A DNA stretch of 63,877 nt, counting the filler, from Octopus bimaculoides (lineage: Eukaryota), in assembly GCF_001194135.2 (NCBI RefSeq). It is 10 parts of 9 records of this genome, joined end to end, with 100 filler letters (N's around TTAATTAATTAA, not from the genome) between each part and the next. Parts side by side here need not be neighbours in the genome. Positions count along the whole stretch, not along the records: positions 36,671 to 41,251 come from NC_069005.1; positions 41,352 to 43,153 come from NW_026416005.1; positions 43,254 to 44,810 come from NC_068996.1; positions 44,911 to 46,590 come from NW_026341325.1; positions 46,691 to 59,044 come from NC_068984.1; 5 more parts are not named here. One strand, given 5' to 3'. Positions 38,483-49,960 of the stretch are shown piece by piece. The translations under genes were made by a program, and so were the position numbers. The stretch's first letter is position 1. Each line of letters begins with the position of its first letter. The notes beneath the pieces were generated by a model, which was not told where the DNA came from, did not search any database, and worked only from the letters and a program-made list of their open reading frames with translations.

Positions 38483-39330
38483 NNNNNNNNNNNNNNNNNN
38501 NNNNNNNNNNNNNNNNNNNNNNNNNNNNNNNNNNNNNNNNNNNNNNNNNNNNNNNNNNNNNNNNNNNNNNNNNNNNNNNNNNNNNNNNNNNNNNNNNNNN
38601 NNNNNNNNNNNNNNNNNNNNNNNNNNNNNNNNNNNNNNNNNNNNNNNNNNNNNNNNNNNNNNNNNNNNNNNNNNNNNNNNNNNNNNNNNNNNNNNNNNNN
38701 NNNNNNNNNNNNNNNNNNNNNNNNNNNNNNNNNNNNNNNNNNNNNNNNNNNNNNNNNNNNNNNNNNNNNNNNNNNNNNNNNNNNNNNNNNNNNNNNNNNN
38801 NNNNNNNNNNNNNNNNNNNNNNNNNNNNNNNNNNNNNNNNNNNNNNNNNNNNNNNNNNNNNNNNNNNNNNNNNNNNNNNNNNNNNNNNNNNNNNNNNNNN
38901 NNNNNNNNNNNNNNNNNNNNNNNNNNNNNNNNNNNNNNNNNNNNNNNNNNNNNNNNNNNNNNNNNNNNNNNNNNNNNNNNNNNNNNNNNNNNNNNNNNNN
39001 NNNNNNNNNNNNNNNNNNNNNNNNNNNNNNNNNNNNNNNNNNNNNNNNNNNNNNNNNNNNNNNNNNNNNNNNNNNNNNNNNNNNNNNNNNNNNNNNNNNN
39101 NNNNNNNNNNNNNNNNNNNNNNNNNNNNNNNNNNNNNNNNNNNNNNNNNNNNNNNNNNNNNNNNNNNNNNNNNNNNNNNNNNNNNNNNNNNNNNNNNNNN
39201 NNNNNNNNNNNNNNNNNNNNNNNNNNNNNNNNNNNNNNNNNNNNNNNNNNNNNNNNNNNNNNNNNNNNNNNNNNNNNNNNNNNNNNNNNNNNNNNNNNNN
39301 NNNNNNNNNNNNNNNNNNNNNNNNNNNNNN

Positions 39331-39663
39331 GCTGCTCGTGCACTCAAATTAGAAATGATTTAAGATACTGGATTGGCAGAGATGTTAGAGTGTACCCTTA
39401 ACGTAGTTCTCGGGGATATTCAGCGTGACAGTGTGACAAGGTTGACCCTTTGAATTACAGGCACAACAGAAACAGGAAGTAAGAGTGAGAGAAAGTTGTG
39501 ATGAAAGAGTACAGCAGGGTTCGCCACCATCCCCTGCCGGAGCCTCGTGGAGCTTTAGGTGTTTGCACTCAATAAACACTCACAACGCCCGGTCTGGGAA
39601 TCAAAACCGCAATCCTATGACCGCGAGTCCGCTGCCCTAACTACTGGGCCATTGCGCCTCCAC
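39331..39663 (-). mobile_element. SINE family C
   Basis: Reverse complement of the 28728-29098 family, head ending CCATTGCGCCTCC. Confidence 0.88.
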
Positions 39664-39751
39664 AGTTACTTATATATGTATATTGTAAAGAAATTGAAAA
39701 TATAGTCTACATAACGTAAACATTTTCTGATATACAACTCAAAATGAGAGG

Positions 39752-39805
<54 letters not shown>

Positions 39806-39971
39806 TGATTTCATGTAGTTATATAAAAAGAGCTGAACATTAAACTGAAGGATCACTTAACATTATTTATCGAATTTTATCGAGAAATGATTGACAGTGA
39901 TATCGAAGTCAAAATGTTGAAGTCAGTAGCAACTTTTTGCTCATCAAAATTTATTTGTGTGTATGTGTGAG

Positions 39972-40003
<32 letters not shown>

Positions 40004-40137
40004 GTGAATATGTATTCATATATTACATACACACATATATATATATCTATGTATATATGCACATACAAGTATGTATACATATATTTATACGTATATGTAT
40101 ATGTATATGTATATATATATGTATGTATATGTATATA

Positions 40138-40197
<60 letters not shown>

Positions 40198-41469
40198 CAC
40201 ATATACAACGGGCTTCTTTCAGTTTCCGTCTACCAAATTCACTCACAAGGCTACCCCATTATCGCCGCACTTTTCTTCAACGCCCTCGTGGAACTTTCCA
40301 GCGCCCCCCAGGGGTCGATACTGCCCACTTTGGGAACCAGTGCTGTAAATAAACATTCACTTTTAAGTGCAGATGAATGTTGCCTATCGGTATAAATACT
40401 ATTTTTCTCGTTAATATACACTTGTTACAATAACATGTACGAAGTTTCAGAGTCTTTAACCATTGGGAGTAAAGGTTGTTGACTGATTTGAATTGAGAGA
40501 TGTCAACAATCTTTAACCAATCTACCATTGCGTATGAGAGATGCCAATTGTTTATAAATCAACAACTGCGAGTGGGTGGTGTCAATTGTCTATCAAACTA
40601 CCATTTTGAATGAACGGAATTAGCAGTCTTTGAACAATTTGTGAATAATGACGCTTTATGAAAGACATTGAAAGTCAGCGGTGTCAAGTACTTCAACACT
40701 GAGAACAATTAGAATTTGCCATAAAATCTGTAAAAGAAAAAAAGCTTACATCACGAGAAAAACGATAAAAGGAGATTTAGATGATGCGGACGACGACAAC
40801 AAACAGAAGCAACCACAACGACAACAGCAAAAACAACTACGAGAGCTACATCTATAGTAATATCAACAACAACAACAACAACGGCAAGAACAACATCAAT
40901 ACCAACAACAATAACTATCTTGAAATCCATCTAGAACGTTCTAAATTGTTTTGCTTTCAACGCCATCATTTCTCAAGTGGAAATATTTATATTTCTTTAT
41001 GAGAGACATTTTTCTCAATCAGTAAACCGACGAGTATGATGGAAAAAAAGAAAAAATGAACCAATTATTTTTATAGCTATCAGGATATTTATAAAAGGTT
41101 AGCTTTTCAAAAGTAACAAAAGTGTACACACACGACGCACACGGACAGACTCATTTTCTCTTTCTCTATCTCTCACTCTCTCTCTCTCACACACACACAC
41201 ACACAAACTCTCACTCTCTCTCTCTTTCTCTATCTCTCACTCTCTCTCTCTNNNNNNNNNNNNNNNNNNNNNNNNNNNNNNNNNNNNNNNNNNNNTTAAT
41301 TAATTAANNNNNNNNNNNNNNNNNNNNNNNNNNNNNNNNNNNNNNNNNNNNAAAATAAAAAGATAATACACTGAGGCTTTACTACTGCGTATGAGAAAAT
41401 TTTTATTGAAATGCAAAATAAAATCATTCGATATTTACCGTCTGAGATAAATATCGTTAATACATATTT

Positions 41470-41687
41470 AATTTAGGCACAAGGCCCGGAATTTCTTGGG
41501 AAGGGAACCAGTCGAGTAGACCGACCACACTACGCAACTGGTACTTAATTTATCGGCTCCGAAAGGATGATAGACAAAATCAACCACGGCAGAATTTGAA
41601 CTCAGAACATAAAAATAGACGAAATTCCGCTAAGCATTTCGCCCGGCGTGCTAACGTTTCTGCCAGNNNNNNNNNNCAGCTCACTGC
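41470..41687 (-). mobile_element. SINE family A
   Basis: Reverse complement of the family A head and core. Confidence 0.85.
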
Positions 41688-42104
41688 CTTATGAGCTGTT
41701 TTATTTTGCTTGTTCGTCTGCTCTCTTGGCGGCCAACACTTTAAAATCAGTCAAAACCCATTTTATAATGATATAGCAAATGCTTGCTAAGGAACAATAT
41801 TTATGGAGGAGTCGCTTAAGTAAATTAGATATTGTATAGTGTACATATGTAAATTAAGAAATGAAATATAAAACTATCCAATACAAATACATCTAATATT
41901 AGTTAGAATTTTCTGAAATTGAAAATAGAGATAAAGATAACAACTTTATCTGGCTCGTTTAACGAATATTATTTAAACTGAATATACATGACATATTTTT
42001 ACCAAATGTATTTTAAAAATAACAAAATTGGTAAAAAAAAAATTGACATAGTCAAATTTAGCTCGAACTCACTGTATATACAAATATATACATACACACA
42101 AATA

Positions 42105-43153
42105 CTAGGTTGACCAAAATGTCCGTTCGGCTTTTATTGACACTAAATATCAAGCACGCTAATAAATGTGTCACTTGCATCACATATGAACTCGTTAGAT
42201 ACTTGGCACTTCAACATATTTTGACGCGTGTTTGCAACAGGTTAGGTTGTATTTTATGTGCTTGGCATTATTCTCAAAAATAAAGAACTAACACGAAACG
42301 CTATCGGCATTTCATGCATTTTTATTTCATAATAAAAGGCCAAATGCTGAGTAAACGTGCATGAATATAAGCGTTACGTACAGAGTGGATGTTGTTAAGG
42401 AACGTGTGTGCCAGTTGTAGATTTCAAGATTTTGCTGTGGAAATGTTTGTGTTGAACCAGCTCCTGTCTGTTGCCAGTTAACTGTGAATAAGTGACACCG
42501 AACCCTAATATAAGACCAGAATGATCGCAGGTTTCTCCAAGTATTTAAATCGAGTTTTGACAATCATTTGCATCACTTGGTTACGTCAAGAGGCCTGATG
42601 TTTGGGTCGCCACAAATATAATAAAGCAAATATTTTCCAAAGTAGGAAGCGCATGGTTTAGTGGTAAGGGTGCAGGACTCATCATCGTAAGATCGTTGTT
42701 TCGATTCCTGGACCGGTCGACACGCTGGGTTCTTGAGCAAAACACTTCACTTCACGTTGCTTCAGTTCACCCAGCTGGCAAATATGGGTAATCCTGCTAT
42801 GGACCGGCGTCCCCTCCTTGTGGGAAATATATACGCTATGGAAATCGGAAAACCGGCCTTATATAACTCGGGAACAAATTTTACTTTAACATTTGCATCA
42901 AAAGATTTGCATCACCTATTCTTTTGAGAAATAGTAGAAAAGTGAAGAAAACGATTCCATTATGAAGAGAATGATGAAAGGGAATAAACGGTGGATTGTC
43001 TGTAACAATGTGATGAGCAAACGATCATGGGAGAATTGTGGCGAACCACGTCAAATGATGTCTAAAACAGGATTTCATCTGAAGAAGGTTATGCTTTCAA
43101 TTTGTAGAGATTGGAAGGACGTCGTCTTTTAGGAGCTTCTTGACACGGACAGG
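42105..43153 (+). mobile_element. Old mariner relic, third lineage, interrupted by a SINE
   Basis: TA|CTAGGTTGACCAAAA terminus. Decayed N-terminal HTH, then KRWIVCNNVMSKRSW...GEPRQMMSKTGFHLKKVMLSI...DWKDVVF. Confidence 0.75.
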
Positions 43154-43254
43154 NNNNNNNNNNNNNNNNNNNNNNNNNNNNNNNNNNNNNNNNNNNNTTA
43201 ATTAATTAANNNNNNNNNNNNNNNNNNNNNNNNNNNNNNNNNNNNNNNNNNNNT

Positions 43255-43682
43255 TCAGAACCCATGAGTGAGGTACACTATCGAACGCCTTTTTATAGTC
43301 GATCCATGATGTGCTCAGGTTCGTTTTCCTGGTTTTGCAGCCTTCAAGGATCATTTTGTTTATCAGCAATTGGTCCTTGCATCCGTAGCTCTCTCTTCGA
43401 CAACCTTTTTGTTCTGGTGGTAGTAGGTTGTTTTCTTCTAGGAATGTATATGTTCTTTCAGTGATTACAGATGTTAATATTTTATACATTGCTGGTAGAC
43501 TGGTGATTGGTCGATAGTTCTTTGGGTTTTCTTTGTCATTTGTTTTTGGTATTAGGTATGTCACTCCCTGTGTCAACCAGTCTGGGCTATTTTCTGGGTT
43601 TTTCATGACTTCTTTGTATGCTGATGACATATCTCCATGTATATCAACTAGCTGTTTGATCCAGAAGTTTGGTACTCGATAT
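43255..43682 (-). mobile_element. R4/Dong-clade non-LTR retrotransposon RT fragment, 5'-truncated
   Basis: Open frame VPNFWIKQL...PDWLTQGVTYLIPK...NYRPITSLPAMYKILTS...EQKGCRRESYGCKDQLLINK...WIDYKKAFDSVPHSW. Confidence 0.85.
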
Positions 43683-43799
43683 TTATCATCACCATCACCA
43701 TCACCACCACCACCACCACCATCACCACCATCATCATCATCATCATCATCATCGTCGTCGTCGTCGTCGTCGTCGTTATTGTTGTTATTATTATTGTTA

Positions 43800-43960
43800 T
43801 TCAGTTCTATATTTAAGAGATGAGGAATTATTTACATTATTTACATTTGACGGATATTTGTCCTCATCTTGTTTGTTGTTAGCACAACGTTTCGGCTGAT
43901 ATACCCTCCAGCCTTCGTCAGGTGTCTTGGGGAAATTTTGAACCCGGGTTCTCATTCCTA
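43800..43960 (-). mobile_element. Penelope-type terminal repeat, inverted relative to the downstream Penelope ORF
   Basis: Reverse strand carries CTGACGAAGGCTG...CAGCCGAAACG, the characteristic PLE terminal motif, immediately upstream of a PLE RT. Confidence 0.7.
43881..43926 (-). ncRNA. Candidate minimal type I hammerhead ribozyme
   Basis: GACAC-CUGACGA-A-GGCUG(GAGGGUAUAU)CAGCC-GAA-ACGU-U-GUGCU. Intact core, 5-bp helix II, palindromic ACGU helix III, GUU cleavage triplet, helix I with one mismatch. Confidence 0.6.
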
Positions 43961-44006
43961 ACGATGTTACTATTATTATTATATTATTATTATTATTACT
44001 ATTATT

Positions 44007-44810
44007 AATCAGATCGTAAGTAGCCTACATCTGGAAAGCTCCGAAAAAGCCGTACTAAACAAAGGTCTCAACTTTGCGACAACCATCAAGCGCATTCCAT
44101 ACTTGGACATAATAGCCCCTATTGAAGAGATAACCATAAAGATACCAAAAGCTCAGGGAGATGAACTAAGGTCGAAAGTGAGACAGGTACTAGAAAAAAC
44201 GAAACTTCCCAAACCAAACATCACTAAGGAAGAAAAGTTCGCTATCAAAAGGCTACAAAGAGACAATTCCATCATAATACTCCCAGCGGACAAGGGAAAT
44301 GCTGCAATGGTGATGAACAAGTCTGACTACTCCGAAAAATTGGCAAGTCTTATAAGTGATGGTAGCTACAGTAGAGTAAAGAAAGGCCCAACTCTGAAAA
44401 CAGAGAGGAAGTTGTCACAGATCTTGATCAAGAACAAGGATCACTTCACACCAATGAAGTACAGACAGCTGACTCAACACTACAGTAAACTACCACACAT
44501 GTACGGTCTCCCTAAGATTCACAAGGAAGGTATTCCACTAAGACCTATAGTGAGCTGTAGAGGTTCAGCATGTCATCCACTGAGCCGCTTCTTGGTGGAT
44601 ATAATCAGCCCATTAGCAGAAAAGTCAACATTGTACATGAAGAATTCAACCTACTTCACAGAATTGATCAAGGATACCCCCATTGAATCCAACCAGATGG
44701 TGAGTCTAGATGTGATAAGTCTATTCACCAAAGTCCCAACTGGTGAAGCACTATCGGTGATTCAAGAAAAACTAGTGACAGACACCCATCTAAAAGAACA
44801 CACTAGTATA
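44007..44810 (+). mobile_element. Penelope-like element reverse transcriptase ORF (partial, runs into a gap)
   Basis: Uninterrupted frame with LNKGLNFA, ILPADKGNAAMVM, PHMYGLPKIHKEGIPLRPIVS, MVSLDVISLFTKVP. Confidence 0.93.
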
Positions 44811-45239
44811 NNNNNNNNNNNNNNNNNNNNNNNNNNNNNNNNNNNNNNNNNNNNTTAATTAATTAANNNNNNNNNNNNNNNNNNNNNNNNNNNNNNNNNN
44901 NNNNNNNNNNATTTATATATATATAGAACACCTAGCATTGTTTTCCTCTTTGGTGCCTAATTTAATTATATGTATATACTACATACATTCTTCTACTCTT
45001 TTACTTGTTTCATTCATTTGACTGCAGCCATGCTGGAGCACTGNNNNNNNNNNNNNNNNNNNNNNNNNNNNNNNNNNNNNNNNNNNNNNNNNNNNNNNNN
45101 NNNNNNNTAAGCCTAGTAATTATTGTAACAGTTCATTTTGCCGAACTGCTAAGTTACTGGAACGTAAACACACCAGCATCAGTTGTCATGCGATGGTGAA
45201 CAAACACAGACACACACAAATGCACACACACACACNNNN

Positions 45240-46590
45240 NNNNNNNNNNNNNNNATTCTTGTTGACTCCAATTTTTTCAATCATATATATATAACTCCAT
45301 AAGACATAACCAATGTAAGCTATGGGCACATAAGAGGTGCAGCAACATCAAAAGAAGGCTAATCAGGAAGATAGCTTTTGTGTATGGCAGATGCACAGGG
45401 GCAATAAATACTGCAGATGCTCAGAAAACTGATTCTATCACATGCTAGGGNNNNNNNNNNNNNNNNNNNNNNNNNNNNNNNNNNNNNNNNNNNNNNNNNN
45501 NNNNNNNNNNNNNNNNNNNNNNNNNNNNNNNNNNNNNNNNNNNNNNNNNNNNNNNNNNNNNNNNNNNNNNNNNNNNNNNNNNNNNNNNNNNNNNNNNNNN
45601 NNNNNNNNNNNNNNNNNNNNNNNNNNNNNNNNNNNNNNNNNNNNNNNNNNNNNATGCATGTGTGCGAACTGCCATGCTTCACGGCAGTGAAACATGGGCC
45701 ATGGCATGCGTATGCTTGAAAGAAACGAAGTTAGTATGATCCACTGGATTTGTAATGTCAGTGNNNNNNNNNNCTTGAAAGAAACGAAGTTAGTATGATC
45801 CACTGGATTTGTAATGTCAGTGTACACACACTACAGAGTGTAAGCGCCCTGAGAGAAAAGTTGGACATAAGAAGTATAAGCTGTGGTGTACAAGAGAGAT
45901 GACTGCGCTGGTGTGGCCATGTGCTGTGTATGGATAAGGAGAGCTGTATGAAGAAGTATCACTCCCTAACAGTGGAAAGAACCCATGGTAGAGGAAGACC
46001 CANNNNNNNNNNTCCCTAACAGTGGAAAGAACCCATGGTAGAGGAAGACCCAGGAAGACATGAGATGAGCTGGTGAAGCATGACCTTCAAACGTTGGGCC
46101 TCACAGAGGCAATGACGAAANNNNNNNNNNNNNNNNNNNNNNNNNNNNNNNNNNNNNNNNNNNNNNNNNNNNNNNNNNNNNNNNNNNNNNNNNNNNNNNN
46201 NNNNNNNGTCGCATAACCAGCCCATTTAAAAAGTACCTTTGAATCATCAGGTGACATTCTGTGCTTCAGGAGACCTATTGAGTCAAGTAAAATCAAAATC
46301 AGATCAAATGGAATTGTAGTTGTGACNNNNNNNNNNTGCCAGTGCTACCTGACTGGCTCCCGTGCTGATGGCATGCAATAAGGACATGCATGCATGGGTT
46401 GTTGCCAGTGCTACCTGACTGACTCCCTAGCTGGTGGCACGTAAAAAGCACCATCTGAACATGGTCGATGCCAGCCTCTCCGCCCTGACTGGCTCCTGTG
46501 CCGGTAGCACGTAAAAAGCACTATCTGAATGTGGTTAATGCCAGTGCCACCTGACTAGCTCCCATGCTGGTGGCATGTAAAAAGCATCCA
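45240..46590. mobile_element. CpG-decayed RTE-type 3' region with an approximately 50-bp internal tandem unit
   Basis: Repeated gccagtgc(t/c)acctgactggctcc...ggcacgtaaaaagcac units at 46337-46590, RTE C-terminal-like sequence at about 45860-46120. Confidence 0.45.
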
Positions 46591-46956
46591 NNNNNNNNNN
46601 NNNNNNNNNNNNNNNNNNNNNNNNNNNNNNNNNNTTAATTAATTAANNNNNNNNNNNNNNNNNNNNNNNNNNNNNNNNNNNNNNNNNNNNGTAAAGAGAA
46701 ATTTGTTTAAAATATTGGTTCTTAACAAGAATAAATCTATTTATAATGTAAGGCTTATATCAGTTTTCAGTGGTACAATAGCCATAATAAGTTACAAGTA
46801 AAATAAATACATTTGCAAGTAATTAAAATTAAATTATATATACATATAAATAAATGAAAGCTTTTAAAAGCAATTGCTTAAAGAGAGATTGAATTTAATG
46901 AATATAATAATTGTATATATTTTATTGAGTCTATATCTATGTATCTATCTATCTTT

Positions 46957-47000
<44 letters not shown>

Positions 47001-47310
47001 AGAAAGCAACTTAATACAATACAATGCATTAAGTAATATAATTTAATAGAGTATAAAGCCCTTTATATAATTTGATAAAGTATAATGCTAACATGCATAT
47101 AAGAAATGAACTTGTAAATTTAACACACACACTGACATACAGAAAGACAGATAAAGTTGTAATTGAACTTAAGGTTAGTATTTCAAAATAGTGTGAACAA
47201 TGGATACTCAATTACACAGAAATATAATCTAAGAAAATAAAGTGAATAAAATCTAAATGGAAATACAAGGAAGTAATACCCTTTCTTTGTTTTGAAGTAA
47301 ATCTCTGAGT

Positions 47311-47460
47311 TTAATGAGGATGGGTGTGGCTATATAAGTAAGCTCTCCTAGCAACATTTTCACCCTGAGAAAACTGGAGATGGGATATATTTAAATGAGC
47401 TCTATTCGTAAGGCTGCACTTGCTAATGACAACAGCTGTCACAACAAAAAAAAGTTTCAT
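47311..47460 (-). CDS. Candidate alternative terminal exon of CBFB (or independent 49-aa ORF)
   Basis: Pyrimidine-rich acceptor tttttctttcgtattgatttcactag, followed in phase 0 by MKLFFVVTAVVISKCSLTNRAHLNISHLQFSQGENVARRAYLYSHTHPH*. No homology recognised. Confidence 0.3.
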   Translation of the reverse strand: MKLFFVVTAVVISKCSLTNRAHLNISHLQFSQGENVARRAYLYSHTHPH

Positions 47461-49801
47461 CTAGTGAAATCAATACGAAAGAAAAATATGAACGCAAATT
47501 AAAGTTTAGCATATAAAAGAGGAATAGGTTTGCATAATTTTTATAAACAAACTTTTATGAATACAGAGTGTTCCTTTATATAAATCTTGTCATAGCTTTT
47601 TACGTAAGAAATATAATTATTGTCACAATGGCTAACATTTTTAACACAATGATAGTTTTGAAACTGTAATTAAAACTGTGGGCGGAGTGTATAAAAACCA
47701 CAGGGACTATTTTAGTAGTAAACATATGCTTAAACTAGAGAATAATGTTTTAAAAGGAATATACTTAGTGTTGTTTCATTCAACAATAACTGAAAATTTT
47801 TTTCTAAATTACTAACTTTGAAAATAAAACACCTAGTATAATTTCATAGCACCAACAAATATATTTTAAATCCTATAAACAAAGTACTACTTCACAGCAA
47901 CTTTGAGAAGCCTTTGAAAGAAAAAAATTTCAGTTTTTTAGCTTTTAACAATGGTGTTATAAAAGCATATAAGAAAACTCCATTAATAATGAGAAGATAA
48001 ATTCAATTCTTTTTCAACCATCCTCTAGACTCTTACATGATTTCTGTTTTTGCCAATTAAGCTAAGTTAAGACTCCAACAAGGCAGAGAGTATTTCATCA
48101 GTCTCTGCTATTGTGTTGTCAGAGGAAATGTGGGCCTAAACCTGCCATTTTGCTCTTTGTTGCTTTCAGGCAGATGTAGCTAAACTAGTTTCTACTTGTT
48201 TTAGAAGCATATGCTATACCCAGATATAAGCCTAAAAAGCCTTTAGAGCATTCGTATGAAAAAAATTAATCAAATATTAACAAAAAATAGCACTTTGATT
48301 CAAGGATCAATTAAAATCCTATCTGTTTCAGCAATTTTGGCATGCTAAAAACATCTAGACAACAACACTTTTAAAACTAAATGAGATTCATTTCCAGATT
48401 CCTGGCCTTAATGTCTATCGGGCAGGGGGAGGTAACTCTAAATTCACAGTAGAAATTTATTGATTTATGTGGCTAGTTTTCAGTGCAAATTTAACAGTGG
48501 AGGGTGTTGGTTTCTCTTACAGCATTTTCCAGGATGCTACCATTTTTTATCTAAAATATTGTTGAAAATCGAAGCAAATATGCCTAAAATATTAATTTAC
48601 AATATTTCGAGATACATATATCAAAATAATTAGGAAAAATGTTGATTATTATTCTAAATGGTCTTCATTTATTTCAACTAATTCAAATTCAAACATTCAT
48701 TTTTATGAAGTTTTTTTTAACTTTTAGTAATACATTATAATGTTTAAGGCAAATTTAGAGCCTCTTTGCCATGTTATTGATTAATCTGTCTTTAATTACT
48801 TTGATAATTTTTTTTAAAATTAGATTTACTAAGAGAACATAATTTCAATTTTTAAAAAATTTTCTTTTAACTGTTTAGAATCTACATATTTTACTTCCAA
48901 AAGACTCTCAAAAGCAAATATACATTTCTTAGAGCTAAACAAGGAATAAATACATACCTACTTGAAAATAAATTTTCATTAGGCAATATATTATTCATAT
49001 TTTAAAGAATAAATCAAAGCTTAAAATAGTTCATGTAAATTAAAGAACAAAATATTGGGTAGATATACTTTATTGCTAGAAACAAAATAAAAAGCAACAT
49101 CAAAGTAAGACAATTATAAACAATATTGTTGATCTTTAATCTTATATAAACATAGTGAAAGAACATCTTGAAATATCTATAACAAAGGCGCAAAATCATG
49201 AATAACAAGATATAAAAAATATATACAGTTTTAGTTTAAAATAAACTCAAAACAAGCTAGAGTTTAGAGAGAATATTATCACTTATTTCATAAACAATAA
49301 TTCTATTTTACTTTTGTTTAATAAAAAAAAAAAATACTGTTTCCATTTTAGTCGAATTAATAATAGAAAGAAATGATTTAATCTATTTCTCTCTACAAAA
49401 TAAGGGACAACAATGAAAATACATTGTACCATATGATTTTTTATATTTTTCCTTTACTTTTGTATGTAGTTTTCTTACTATTTCTTTCTGAAGTAAAAAC
49501 TCTAATTGCTGTCCATTTTGCTTTGTTTTAAATTTGCGAATATAACTGTAATGCAATGAGAGTGAAGAGTTGATTAAAAATTGGTTTTAACCTATCCTTT
49601 CAAAATAGTACTAAGATGTTCAAGAAATAAATGTATTAAAATAAATAGATTAAATGAATAATCAAAATAAGTTCATATTTTTAACAGATTTAATTTACAT
49701 TTGAATTTTTGTGAAATTACAATTTAATATATAATTGTTTGAAAATATCTAATTTAATGGAGTTTTTTAAAATGATGGACTGACTTAGGATGAAATTTAT
49801 A

Positions 49802-49960
49802 TCAAGACTTGCAGTCTTCTGATATATGCAACAAAGCTTGTACTACCTCAGCTTCTGTTCTTCTTACTTCTTGTTCTCTAAATTGTCTCTGTCTTTCTTC
49901 AAAACCACGTATTCTTCTGTTATATTGATCGGTCTGTTCTCTTAATATAGCATCTTCAAC
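49802..49960 (-). CDS. CBFB: Core-binding factor beta, exon equivalent to vertebrate exon 5, read through to stop
   Basis: Acceptor aatattcag, then VEDAILREQTDQYNRRIRGFEERQRQFREQEVRRTEAEVVQALLHISEDCKS*. Aligns with human QEDALAQQAFEEARRRTREFEDRDRSHREEMEVR and is in phase with the 117-bp exon. Confidence 0.93.
   Translation of the reverse strand, partial: VEDAILREQTDQYNRRIRGFEERQRQFREQEVRRTEAEVVQALLHISEDCKS

Noticed and set aside
49014-49208. 64-aa hydrophobic ORF downstream of the CBFB stop
   Set aside because: Very AT-rich composition explains the F/L/I/Y content. No convincing splice sites or homology.
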